From: Candidatus Omnitrophota bacterium
GTDB lineage: Bacteria; Omnitrophota; Gorgyraeia; B26-G9
Length of the DNA: 64,000 nt
Assembly (NCBI GenBank): GCA_043805415.1
Contig: JAZDHZ010000033.1
Coordinates: 25,600-89,599 of the forward strand
Reading direction: 5' to 3'
Shown here: piece after piece, positions 50,356 through 59,413 of the stretch
Numbering within the stretch: the stretch's first letter is position 1
Layout: each line of letters opens with the position of its first letter
Notes under the pieces: model-generated
What the model saw: the letters and a program-made list of their open reading frames with translations, nothing else
The model's database searches: none
Told to the model about the DNA's origin: nothing
Program-made: the position numbers and the translations under genes

Positions 50356-51558
50356 ATGAGAATGAAAGAAAAAATAATACACTTTCTTAAAAATACACTC
50401 TTGGCAAATATAGCAATTTTTATAATACTTGCTCCTTTTTCCAAAAAAGCTATTAAGATCAGTCTGCTCATTGCTCTTTTTTTATGGATAGCCATAACAA
50501 TAGCGGAGTTTGGAAGCAATTTTTACAAGCATTTAATTACAAGAATACCAATCGCCATACCGTTGGAATTATTTTGGATAGCACTTTTACTGTCGACTGT
50601 TTTTAGCCTGGATCCGTATTATAGCCACGCTGTTTTACTGGAACGCTATTTAGGTTATATTCTATTTTTTCTCTTGGGGTGCTATCTGGCAAAAGATATT
50701 CGGATGATTTATTGTCTGGTAGGGGCAACTCTGTTTGGGGGGATAGTGATTGGAATCGGAAGCTTGTGGAATTATGTTCAGTTTCAACCTGTTCGATTAT
50801 ACGACTGTTTCAGGTATTCGATCAGTCTTGCTCGTTTTCTAGTCCTTTACACGCCTATAACTTTTATTGTTTTGTTTTTTGTAAAAAATAAATTCCTTAA
50901 ATTTATCGCACTGGTTAGCGGCTTACTTTTAGTCCCATGTTTAATTCTTAACGCTGCGCGCGCGGCCTGGGTTTCAGTTTCTTTTTCTCTTTTAATCGTT
51001 TCTTTTTTTAAGAGTCGAAAACTTGCTTGTTGTGTGTTGATTTGTATTATTATAATTGGTCTATTTTTGCCTTTGCAGTTAAAATGTCGGGCAATTACGA
51101 CTGTTAATCCACTGACATGGGGCGAAAGATTGCCTTTGTGGAAGATGTCACTGCAAATGTTTGCTGATTTTCCAGTATTTGGGACAGGATTGGGAATGCG
51201 TGAGAAGCTTTTCACAAGTTATTGGCATAAATCGGCTCTATTCCCCCGATTCCAATATCAAGATGCGCATAATAATTATTTAGAAATCGCATCAGAATCA
51301 GGCAGTATTGGTTTAATCGCGTTTATATGGATTTTTATCGCTTTTTTTAAGCATGTGTTTGCAGCTATTAAAAAAATGTCAGGAGACCGGCAAGCGGTAT
51401 TAATGACTTTTACCAGCAGTGTTATCGCTGCTTTGCTTTTTGCCTGCTCTGCTTCAAATATTACTGGCGGAGTTGAGGAGGTCGTGGTATTCTGGTTTAT
51501 TTTCGGCATGGCTTCGGGGCTAAGCGGATTAAGAGAGAATCAGGAAACTATAGCATAA
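50356..51558 (+). CDS. waaL: O-antigen ligase family protein
   Basis: Polytopic; RAAW, ERLPLW, PVFGTGLG, AHNNYLEI. Confidence 0.85.
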   Translation: MRMKEKIIHFLKNTLLANIAIFIILAPFSKKAIKISLLIALFLWIAITIAEFGSNFYKHLITRIPIAIPLELFWIALLLSTVFSLDPYYSHAVLLERYLGYILFFLLGCYLAKDIRMIYCLVGATLFGGIVIGIGSLWNYVQFQPVRLYDCFRYSISLARFLVLYTPITFIVLFFVKNKFLKFIALVSGLLLVPCLILNAARAAWVSVSFSLLIVSFFKSRKLACCVLICIIIIGLFLPLQLKCRAITTVNPLTWGERLPLWKMSLQMFADFPVFGTGLGMREKLFTSYWHKSALFPRFQYQDAHNNYLEIASESGSIGLIAFIWIFIAFFKHVFAAIKKMSGDRQAVLMTFTSSVIAALLFACSASNITGGVEEVVVFWFIFGMASGLSGLRENQETIA

Positions 51559-51642
51559 TTTTAATTTTCATAAGGAATTATTTAAAATGAAAACAAATAG
51601 TTTAATTTTTGATTAATACTCTGGAGTGAAAAAGGCAAGAGC

Positions 51643-52419
51643 ATGAAAAATATAGAAGGAAAGAAAATATCAATAATAATGCCTGCCTATAATGAAGCAG
51701 ACAGGATCGTTGAAAGTCTTAAAGAAACTATGAAGACTTTTGACGATTTTAAAGCTAATTATGAAATAATAGTTGTTGATGACGGCTCAAGCGATCAAAC
51801 TTATGAGAAAACCAAGAAATTCGCACAGGATATCAGTAATGGCAAAATAATTGTTCAGCGTAACCGTGCTAATTACGGTAAAGGTAGAGCTTTGTATAAA
51901 GGGTTTCGCTATGCTACTGGAGATTTTATTATATTTCTTGACGCGGATATGGACTTGCATCCCGGACAGATAGATACATTTTTTGATCTTATGGAACTGA
52001 CTGACAGCGATATTGTAATCGGTTCTAAGCGGCATCCTAATTCAAAATTATTCTATCCCAAGGACCGTAGGATTTTGAGCGCAGGATATTTCTTTCTTGT
52101 AAAGATACTTTTTGGTTTGCCGATTAACGACACTCAAACAGGACTAAAACTGTTTAAAGCTCATGTTTTAAAGGCAGTTTTTAAGGAGTTTATCAGTAGA
52201 GAATTTGCTTTTGATCTGGAGCTTTTAGTAACCGCGCATAGATTTGGCTTTAAAATCGCGGAAGCACCTGTGTGTATTAATTCACAGAGAGGATATAATC
52301 GGATTGGGATAGGAACTGTATATAAAATGACTATTGATACTTTGGGAATTTATGCGCGTTTTCTGCGTAATAAAACTAAAAAACTGACATCAAAAATTAA
52401 AAGAAAAATAAAAAAATGA
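51643..52419 (+). CDS. Polyprenyl-phosphate glycosyltransferase (DPM/DPG synthase-like GT2)
   Basis: PAYNE, DDGS, GKG, DAD, DTQTGLK, FDLELL. Confidence 0.85.
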   Translation: MKNIEGKKISIIMPAYNEADRIVESLKETMKTFDDFKANYEIIVVDDGSSDQTYEKTKKFAQDISNGKIIVQRNRANYGKGRALYKGFRYATGDFIIFLDADMDLHPGQIDTFFDLMELTDSDIVIGSKRHPNSKLFYPKDRRILSAGYFFLVKILFGLPINDTQTGLKLFKAHVLKAVFKEFISREFAFDLELLVTAHRFGFKIAEAPVCINSQRGYNRIGIGTVYKMTIDTLGIYARFLRNKTKKLTSKIKRKIKK

Positions 52420-53429
52420 GTAATCTATCAGTAGCGATTATAATTCCGGTTAAGTGTTTTAATGATAATTTAAAAAAGTCTATGGAAGAATGCCTTAAGC
52501 TTGATTATCCAAACTTTGAAGTGCTTGTTTTTCCCGATGAAATAAGCGAGGGATTTATTCCTTTTAAGGGAAAAATTAAAGTTATTCCCACTGGCAGTAT
52601 GGGCCCGGCTTTAAAAAGGGATATGGCGGTTGAGCATTCAAAAGCGGATATATTTGCTTTTTTAGATGATGATGCTTATCCAGAGCCTGATTGGTTGAAG
52701 AATGCAGTAAAACACTTTAAACAACAGGAAATAGCTGCTGTTGGCGGGCCGTCGGTAACACCCCCTGAAAGCACTTTTGCTGGTATGGCAAGCGGTTATG
52801 CTTTTGCTTCACTTACGGTTTCCGGCCCATATACATATCGCTATGTTCCAGGCAATAAAATTATGAAAGTAGATGATTATCCATCCTGCAATTTTCTGGT
52901 GCGTAGGGAAATATTCGCAAAACTGGGCGGTTTTGATAGCAGTTTTTATCCAGGAGAAGACACAAAACTTTGCTTGGAAATTACGAAAAAATTAAATAAA
53001 AAAATAATTTATGATCCGGATGTTCTGGTTTATCATCATCGTCGGGATTCTTTAAACAGGCATATAAAGCAGATAGAAAATTATGCTACTCATCGCGGTA
53101 ATTTTGCCAAGCGATTTCCGGAAACATCCCGGAAAATTGCATATTTTGTCCCCAGCTTATTTGTCGGATTGCTTGTTAGCGGAGCAGGATGGTCTTTGAT
53201 ATCGCCTGTGCTAAAATCTGTCTATTTATGCTGTATATTGCTTTATTTAGCGATTATCGCGGCGAATGCCGCGTGGGTGCTGCTGATGGATAAAAAAGTT
53301 TCTTTTTTTAAGAAGCTTTTACTGCTTATCCCGGTTATTGTATTTATTGTTGTTACTCATATTACTTATGGCATATTTTTCATTAAAGGTATTTTTTTAA
53401 AACAATTAAAAGAAGAAAAGAGTAAATGA
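52416..53429 (+). CDS. GT2 glycosyltransferase with C-terminal TM helices
   Basis: FLDDDAYP, VGGP, PGEDT, HHRR. Confidence 0.85.
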   Translation: MSNLSVAIIIPVKCFNDNLKKSMEECLKLDYPNFEVLVFPDEISEGFIPFKGKIKVIPTGSMGPALKRDMAVEHSKADIFAFLDDDAYPEPDWLKNAVKHFKQQEIAAVGGPSVTPPESTFAGMASGYAFASLTVSGPYTYRYVPGNKIMKVDDYPSCNFLVRREIFAKLGGFDSSFYPGEDTKLCLEITKKLNKKIIYDPDVLVYHHRRDSLNRHIKQIENYATHRGNFAKRFPETSRKIAYFVPSLFVGLLVSGAGWSLISPVLKSVYLCCILLYLAIIAANAAWVLLMDKKVSFFKKLLLLIPVIVFIVVTHITYGIFFIKGIFLKQLKEEKSK

Positions 53430-53604
53430 ATTTCTAATTTCTAATTACTAATTGACCTAAAATAAATAAAAAAATAACTAATAAATTACTAATGGATCTA
53501 AAATTATTAAAAAAGAGTTTACTGAATAAAGTACTGATTGACTTAAAATAGATAAAAATAAAATAAGAGTTGAGTAAATTACTAATTATTAGTAGACCTA
53601 AAAT
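53429..53604 (+). repeat. AT-rich repeat leader: (AATTTCT)2-AATTACT heptamers plus four degenerate ~21-bp direct repeats
   Basis: aattactaattgacctaaaat (53443), aattactaatggatctaaaat (53484), aagtactgattgacttaaaat (53529), aattactaatt(attagta)gacctaaaat (53577). Confidence 0.7.
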
Positions 53605-53962
53605 GAATGAAAATAAAGATAAAAAGTATGATTTAGCTGAGCGTACTGCCAAATTTGGTGAGGAAATAGTTCGTTTTGCAAAGAGAGTAAAGACGGATAA
53701 TATTACCGTAACGATAATAAGACAGTTAGTAGCTGCAGGAACATCTGTTGGAGCGAATTATTGTGAAGCGGATGATGCGGAGTCTAAGAATGATTTTAAG
53801 CATAAAATTGGGATTTGTAAAAAAGAAGCGAGAGAAACTAAATATTGGTTAAGAATTGTATTAGTGACAAGTCCTGAGCTTGAAAAAGAAGCAAAAATAC
53901 TCTCTAATGAAGCAAAAGAACTGAATCTGATATTTAACGCGATAGTTAATAAGCTGAAATAA
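53603..53962 (+). CDS. Four-helix-bundle protein (TIGR02436 / 23S rRNA IVP, bAvd-like fold)
   Basis: DLAERT, RQLVAAGTSVGANYCEA, SKNDFKHK, KEARETKYWL, EAKEL. Confidence 0.88.
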   Translation: MNENKDKKYDLAERTAKFGEEIVRFAKRVKTDNITVTIIRQLVAAGTSVGANYCEADDAESKNDFKHKIGICKKEARETKYWLRIVLVTSPELEKEAKILSNEAKELNLIFNAIVNKLK

Positions 53963-53969
53963 TTTTGAC

Positions 53970-54020
53970 ATTGGTAATTATTTAGAAATTAGATTAATTA
54001 GGTTAATTAGATCAATTGAG
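53970..54020 (+). repeat. Downstream repeat tract, inverted relative to the upstream tract
   Basis: ttggtaatt atttagaaat tagattaat taggttaat tagatcaat versus the reverse complement of the upstream tract, ttaggtcaattagtaattagaaattagaaatt. Confidence 0.65.
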
Positions 54021-54037
54021 GAAAGTGTAATCAAAAT

Positions 54038-55531
54038 ATGAAGGTAATAATTTCTTATCCGCCATTAAATAAAGAAAAGGGAACGCCTTTACTTTCTCAG
54101 AATAGGCAGTTTCAATATTTTAAAGATCCGACTTATATTTATCCGGTTGTTCCAGCGCAAGCGGCATCACTGCTTAAACGGGAAGGATTTGATGTTATCT
54201 GGAATGATTGTATTGCCATGGACTGGGAGTATCAGCGGTTTATCGAGTTCATAAACAATGAAAAACCTGATATTATAGCAATGGAAACAAAGACACCTGT
54301 TGTTAAAGAACACTGGAAAATCATCAACGACATTAAAAGACTATCGACCATTGACTATCGACCATTGACTGTTTTATTCGGCGACCATGTTACCGCAATG
54401 CCTGAGGAATCAATGCAAAATTGCCAGGTTGATTTTGTGCTAACAGGAGGTGACTATGATTTTCTGTTGTTAAATTTGTGTAATGCATTAAAAGCCACAA
54501 GCCACAAGCCGCAAGCCGCAAGCATAAAGGATAAATTAGAGCAGGGCATTTGGTATAGGAAAACAGGACAGATAAAAAACACAGGGAAGTTTGAACTGAA
54601 ACATGATCTTAATACTCTTCCGTTTATTGACCGCGATTTAACCCAGTGGAAATCATACGCTTATAAAAATGGTAATTACAGAAAAACTCCGGGAACTTAT
54701 ATTATGAGCGCACGGGATTGCTGGTGGGGGACGTGCACTTTCTGTTCCTGGCCCCAACTTTTTCCTGAATTTAGAAGCCGAAATCCGGAAAATGTGCTGG
54801 ATGAGATCGAGCTGTTGGTGGATAAATTTCAGGTTAAGGAAATAATGGATGATTCCGGGACATTTCCTGTGGGGAAATGGCTGAAAGAATTTTGTTTGGG
54901 AATGATTGACCGGGGTTTGCATAAAAAAGTTACGCTTGATTGCAATATGCGTTTTGGCGCTTTGAGCTTTGAAGAATATAAATTGATGCAAAAAGCCGGT
55001 TTTCGTTTCCTTCTCTTTGGTATTGAGTCAGCTAATCAAAAAACGCTTGATAAGATAAAGAAGGGTCTAAAAGTAGAAGACATTATCCCGAGCTGTAAAG
55101 ATGCCAGACGCGCAGGGCTTTATCCGCATATTACCATAATGTTCGGCTATCCCTGGGAATCCTATGAAGATGCCCAAAATACCCTTAAACTGGGGAAATT
55201 CTTATTAAAAAAAGATTATGCTTATACCATGCAGTCAACAGTGGTTGTGCCTTATCCGGGAACTCCTTTATTCGAAGAATGCAAGGCTAATGACCTTTTA
55301 TACAGCACGAATTGGGAAGATTATGACATGAAGTGTCCGTTAATGAAAACAGATTTTTCCAAGGAAAAGCTTTTACAGCTTGTCCAGAGCCTTTATTCTG
55401 TCAGCTATTCCCCGGAATTTGTGGCCAGGAAAATTCTTAGCATTAGAGAGTTTGATGATATAAAATATTTCGGCCGGGCGTTCATGAAAGTTGCTGGGCA
55501 TATATTTGATTTTAAAAAGAAAAAAGCGTGA
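54038..55531 (+). CDS. B12-binding radical SAM protein (HpnJ-like), Cx4Cx2C motif
   Basis: SYPP, FGDHVT, ARDCWWGTCTFC, FGIES, PYPGT. Confidence 0.85.
   Translation: MKVIISYPPLNKEKGTPLLSQNRQFQYFKDPTYIYPVVPAQAASLLKREGFDVIWNDCIAMDWEYQRFIEFINNEKPDIIAMETKTPVVKEHWKIINDIKRLSTIDYRPLTVLFGDHVTAMPEESMQNCQVDFVLTGGDYDFLLLNLCNALKATSHKPQAASIKDKLEQGIWYRKTGQIKNTGKFELKHDLNTLPFIDRDLTQWKSYAYKNGNYRKTPGTYIMSARDCWWGTCTFCSWPQLFPEFRSRNPENVLDEIELLVDKFQVKEIMDDSGTFPVGKWLKEFCLGMIDRGLHKKVTLDCNMRFGALSFEEYKLMQKAGFRFLLFGIESANQKTLDKIKKGLKVEDIIPSCKDARRAGLYPHITIMFGYPWESYEDAQNTLKLGKFLLKKDYAYTMQSTVVVPYPGTPLFEECKANDLLYSTNWEDYDMKCPLMKTDFSKEKLLQLVQSLYSVSYSPEFVARKILSIREFDDIKYFGRAFMKVAGHIFDFKKKKA
54339..54370 (+). repeat. In-frame heptamer repeat (GACTATC-GACCATT)x2 + GACT
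   Basis: Encodes RLSTIDYRPLT. Confidence 0.85.
54492..54523 (+). repeat. In-frame heptamer repeat (AAGCCRC)x4.5
   Basis: aagccac aagccac aagccgc aagccgc aagc, encoding KATSHKPQAAS. Confidence 0.9.
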
Positions 55532-55554
55532 TTTTTTAGAAATAATGTTTTAGG

Positions 55555-56271
55555 ATGAAACAGTTTATGAAATTAGATGAATATTCAAAAAAATATATCC
55601 ATTATTATTCAGATGAATTGCCGGCGCTCATTAAGGCTACTTTTAAGGAAAACAAGATAAAAAGATTTGCTGATTTAGGATCAGGTGATGGTTCGATTTT
55701 ATTCGCTTTATTTAAAAATGGCTTACTTGATAATGCTGAGAGTATTATTGCTGTTGATGTATCAGAAGACCGAATAAGGAATGTGAAGAATATTAGTGAT
55801 AGAATTTGTTGCATTGTTACTGATGTGGGCAATATGCCGATGATTGCTAATGAAAGTCTTGATTTTGCTATATCCAATCAAGTGATTGAGCATATGATTG
55901 ATGAGGAGGGGTTAATCAAAGAAGCTTTTCGAATTCTGGCTAAAGATGGGATGTTATATCTTTCGACAGTATTTAAAAAATGGTATGGCTGGTACTTCTA
56001 TCGCTGTAACGGCAAATGGGCGCTTGATCCTACTCATTTAAAAGAGTATACATCGGAAGCTCAATTACTGGATAAAATTAAAAAATATGGCTTTAAGATA
56101 TTAGTTAATAAAAAAAGTATGTTTTGGTTTCCGGTGACTGATTTTATTTTTAAACGTATAGGGATTAGCCGGAATGCTTATGATAATAGATTTTTAAGGT
56201 TACTTAGATATATCAGGATTCCAATTATCGGATACTATAATTGGGAAATTGTTTTAAGAAAGAACGTGTAA
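55555..56271 (+). CDS. Class I SAM methyltransferase
   Basis: ADLGSGDG, QVIEH, DPTH. Confidence 0.8.
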   Translation: MKQFMKLDEYSKKYIHYYSDELPALIKATFKENKIKRFADLGSGDGSILFALFKNGLLDNAESIIAVDVSEDRIRNVKNISDRICCIVTDVGNMPMIANESLDFAISNQVIEHMIDEEGLIKEAFRILAKDGMLYLSTVFKKWYGWYFYRCNGKWALDPTHLKEYTSEAQLLDKIKKYGFKILVNKKSMFWFPVTDFIFKRIGISRNAYDNRFLRLLRYIRIPIIGYYNWEIVLRKNV

Positions 56272-56273
56272 TA

Positions 56274-57293
56274 ATGACAGATATAAAAAAGGGGTTAAAA
56301 GAAAAAGTCAGTGTCTGCATACCGGTTTATAATGGGGCAGGTACAATATTAGAAACTGTAAACAGCATTCTTAAGCAAACTTTTACTGATTTTGAATTGC
56401 TTATTGTCGATAATCTTTCTACTGATGATACAATCGCAAAAGTAAAAACAATTAAAGACCCGCGAATAAAAATTATTATAAATGAAAAGAATGTCGGATG
56501 CGGAGGTAATTTAAATGTTTGCAAAGAAAAAGCAAGCGGCGATATTATTTACTATCTTTGCGCTGATGATATAGCGGATATTAACGCGCTTAAGAGAATG
56601 TATGAAGCTTTTCAAAAATCAGATAATATCGGAATTGTAACAAGATCGTATTATTGGTTTATTGAATCTGTTGCTCAAGCAGTTAGGGTTAAGAAACAGT
56701 TTAAATCAGATGTTACTGTATCAATAAATAATAATTTTGAAGATGTTAGGGATGTTATCGCTTTATCAGATCAGATATCAGGCATCGCTTTTCGTAAAAA
56801 GTTCATGCAAGATTTTAGTTTTCTGAATCAAGCATTTGTAGAAATGGCGTCTATGGTTGTCCAAGTTTTAAAAATAAGTGATGCGGTTATTTTAAGAGAT
56901 AATACAATTGCAGTAAGAATTGATCGAAATGGCTCAATGAATCCGGCTATTTATGTTAAATCACCGATGATGGTTTGGTATGATTTGATAATTAAATCAT
57001 TTGATGAAGAAAAATTTATTCCGTTAAGAAGATATTTGATCGATCATTTTATAGCAAATAATTATATTGGCCTTGTGCAAATTAGAAGTTTTGGCGGAAT
57101 CAGGTATGCTTTAAGAGAAATATATTATTTAATTAAGCTTCGATGGGAGAATGTGTTTAATCTTAGGTTCTGGTTTTTTTCTTTAGGAGTAATTATCATA
57201 CCGAATAGATTGTTACAGGGATTAGTGGTTTATTTTAAGAATAGAGTTAATAGCAATTTTTTAAAAAATATTAAAATCAACTTAGAATTATGA
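56274..57293 (+). CDS. Glycosyltransferase family 2
   Basis: SVCIPVYNG, DNLSTD, CADD. Confidence 0.85.
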   Translation: MTDIKKGLKEKVSVCIPVYNGAGTILETVNSILKQTFTDFELLIVDNLSTDDTIAKVKTIKDPRIKIIINEKNVGCGGNLNVCKEKASGDIIYYLCADDIADINALKRMYEAFQKSDNIGIVTRSYYWFIESVAQAVRVKKQFKSDVTVSINNNFEDVRDVIALSDQISGIAFRKKFMQDFSFLNQAFVEMASMVVQVLKISDAVILRDNTIAVRIDRNGSMNPAIYVKSPMMVWYDLIIKSFDEEKFIPLRRYLIDHFIANNYIGLVQIRSFGGIRYALREIYYLIKLRWENVFNLRFWFFSLGVIIIPNRLLQGLVVYFKNRVNSNFLKNIKINLEL

Positions 57294-57336
57294 CTATAGA
57301 GAAGTTTTTTGATTTAAATCCTGTCTTAATAGGAAT

Positions 57337-58563
57337 ATGAATTACATGAAACAAGAATGTTTTTTTATTGCCAATAACAATATCGGAGATTCCGGGTTGA
57401 GCGGCGGTTGCCGGGTTTTTATTGAATTAGCCAGGTATTGGAAAGAATCTTTAAATTTAAAAATGATTGCTACGGAAGAGGCAATCACTGTTTGTAAAAA
57501 CTATGGGCTTGGCGATCTTACATTCTATAGGTCCTCAAGCAAATTAGGATTTAAGAATGTTTTTACTCTGAGAGCGGTTTTTGCTAATTTTTTTAAGAAA
57601 TTAACAAATGGTATATTATTTATATTACGGAACAAATGCTTATTTAAAAATAATCCCTGGGTTTATTCAGTATCTGACTTTTACCCTGATCTTATTCCGG
57701 CTTTTTTAATAAAGTTAATAAACCCAAAAGCAAGGTGGATTGCCGGATACTATTTATTCGCGCCTGCTCCTTGGGATAAAGATAGTCCCTATAAAGGGAA
57801 AGATTTGTTTCGAGGATTTTTATACTGGCTATCGCAAAGGCCAACTTACTGGCTTGTGAAAAATTTCGCTGATATAGTTTTTGTCACATCTGAGCCGGAT
57901 AAAAATAAATTTATCACTAAAACCAGGGACGAGAGTAAAATTTTTGTTATTCGCGGAGGGGTTAATATCGAAGCCTCTACCGCGTATTTAAATAGTTCAA
58001 AGGTTATTCCTATCAATAAAAGAAAATATGACTGTTGTTTTGTGGGTAGATTCCATCAGCAAAAAGGGGTTTTGGTTTTAATGGAAATATGGAAAAAAGT
58101 TATTGCTGTGTTACCAGAAGCTAAACTGGCGATGATTGGAAATGGGCCGCTGGAAGAAAATGTTAAAAATAAAATCAATGAATATAAGTTGAATGGAAAT
58201 GTTGATTTGTTTGGTTTTATGGATGGAGAGGATAAGTTCAATATTTTTAAACAAAGTAAAATTGTAGTGCACCCGGCGACCTTTGACAGTGGCGGAATGG
58301 CCGCGGCAGAGGCAATGGCTTGGGCTTTACCAGGCATAAGCTTTGATCTGGAAGCGTTAAAAACGTATTATCCTCAAGGTATGATAAAAGTTCCTAAGGA
58401 CGATTATAATCAGTTTGCTGCTGAAATAATTAAAGTTTTATCAAACTCTGATTACTATAAAATAATTTCCGGGCAAGCTCGTGAGTTAATAGTGGAGCAA
58501 TGGGATTGGAAAAAAAGAGCACAGCTGATTCTGGAAGGGTTGTTAATCAATAATAATGGATAA
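57337..58563 (+). CDS. Glycosyltransferase family 4
   Basis: FVGRFHQQKG, DSGGMAAAEAM. Confidence 0.85.
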   Translation: MNYMKQECFFIANNNIGDSGLSGGCRVFIELARYWKESLNLKMIATEEAITVCKNYGLGDLTFYRSSSKLGFKNVFTLRAVFANFFKKLTNGILFILRNKCLFKNNPWVYSVSDFYPDLIPAFLIKLINPKARWIAGYYLFAPAPWDKDSPYKGKDLFRGFLYWLSQRPTYWLVKNFADIVFVTSEPDKNKFITKTRDESKIFVIRGGVNIEASTAYLNSSKVIPINKRKYDCCFVGRFHQQKGVLVLMEIWKKVIAVLPEAKLAMIGNGPLEENVKNKINEYKLNGNVDLFGFMDGEDKFNIFKQSKIVVHPATFDSGGMAAAEAMAWALPGISFDLEALKTYYPQGMIKVPKDDYNQFAAEIIKVLSNSDYYKIISGQARELIVEQWDWKKRAQLILEGLLINNNG

Positions 58564-59413
58564 TATTAAGGTTTCAATTATAATCACTACAAAAAATGCT
58601 GAACAGTATATTGCCGACTGCTTGGGTTCGATAAAGTCTCAGAATTATAATCAATCTGAGATTGAAGTTATTGTTGTTGATAATAATTCAAATGACAAGA
58701 CAAAATCAATCGCGTATCAATTTACGGATAAAGTCTATAATATAGGCCCGGAACGTTCAGCTCAAAGGAATTTCGGAATAAATAATGCATCAGGGGAATA
58801 TGTGCTTTATCTTGATGTGGACATGATGCTTTCCAGAAATGTGCTCTTAGAGTGTGTGAAAAAAATAGAAACAGAAGATTTGAGCGGGTTGTATGTCCCG
58901 GAAGTAATTGTCGGCAAAGGGTTTTGGATAGAGGTGCGAAACTATGAACGCGGTTTTTATAACGCGACTGTGGTTGACTGTGTTCGGTTTATAAAAAAAG
59001 ATGCATTTGTAAAAATAAAAGGTTTTGATGAAAATTTAACCGGCCCGGAAGATTGGGATTTTGATAGAAGAATAAATCAGGTTGGAAAAACCGCGATAAT
59101 AAATTCTCCGATTTATCATAATGAGGGGAGATTTAATTTAAGAAACTATTTACTGAAAAAAAGCTATTATTCAAAAACATTTGAAAAATATATTCAAAAA
59201 TGGGGAAAAAATGATCCAATTATAAAAAAACAGCTTGGTTTTTTTTATCGGTTTATTGGTGTATTTATAGAAAAGGGAAAATGGAAAAAACTTATTAGCC
59301 ATCCTGTTTTTACTTCAGGGATGTATTTTTTAAGATTTTTAGTCGGGATCACATTCTTGGCAGCAGGAATCGGTCGAAATCCTTTAAAAAATAAAGGTAA
59401 TATCTATGAGTAA
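58556..59413 (+). CDS. Glycosyltransferase family 2
   Basis: VDNNSND, GPERSAQRN, LDVD, GPEDWD. Confidence 0.85.
   Translation: MDNIKVSIIITTKNAEQYIADCLGSIKSQNYNQSEIEVIVVDNNSNDKTKSIAYQFTDKVYNIGPERSAQRNFGINNASGEYVLYLDVDMMLSRNVLLECVKKIETEDLSGLYVPEVIVGKGFWIEVRNYERGFYNATVVDCVRFIKKDAFVKIKGFDENLTGPEDWDFDRRINQVGKTAIINSPIYHNEGRFNLRNYLLKKSYYSKTFEKYIQKWGKNDPIIKKQLGFFYRFIGVFIEKGKWKKLISHPVFTSGMYFLRFLVGITFLAAGIGRNPLKNKGNIYE

Noticed and set aside
53443-53604. CRISPR array
   Set aside because: Repeats are degenerate, spacers are short and low-complexity, and no cas genes are in the window.
53603-53962. Diversity-generating retroelement
   Set aside because: Only the Avd-like fold is present; no reverse transcriptase or TR/VR pair was seen.
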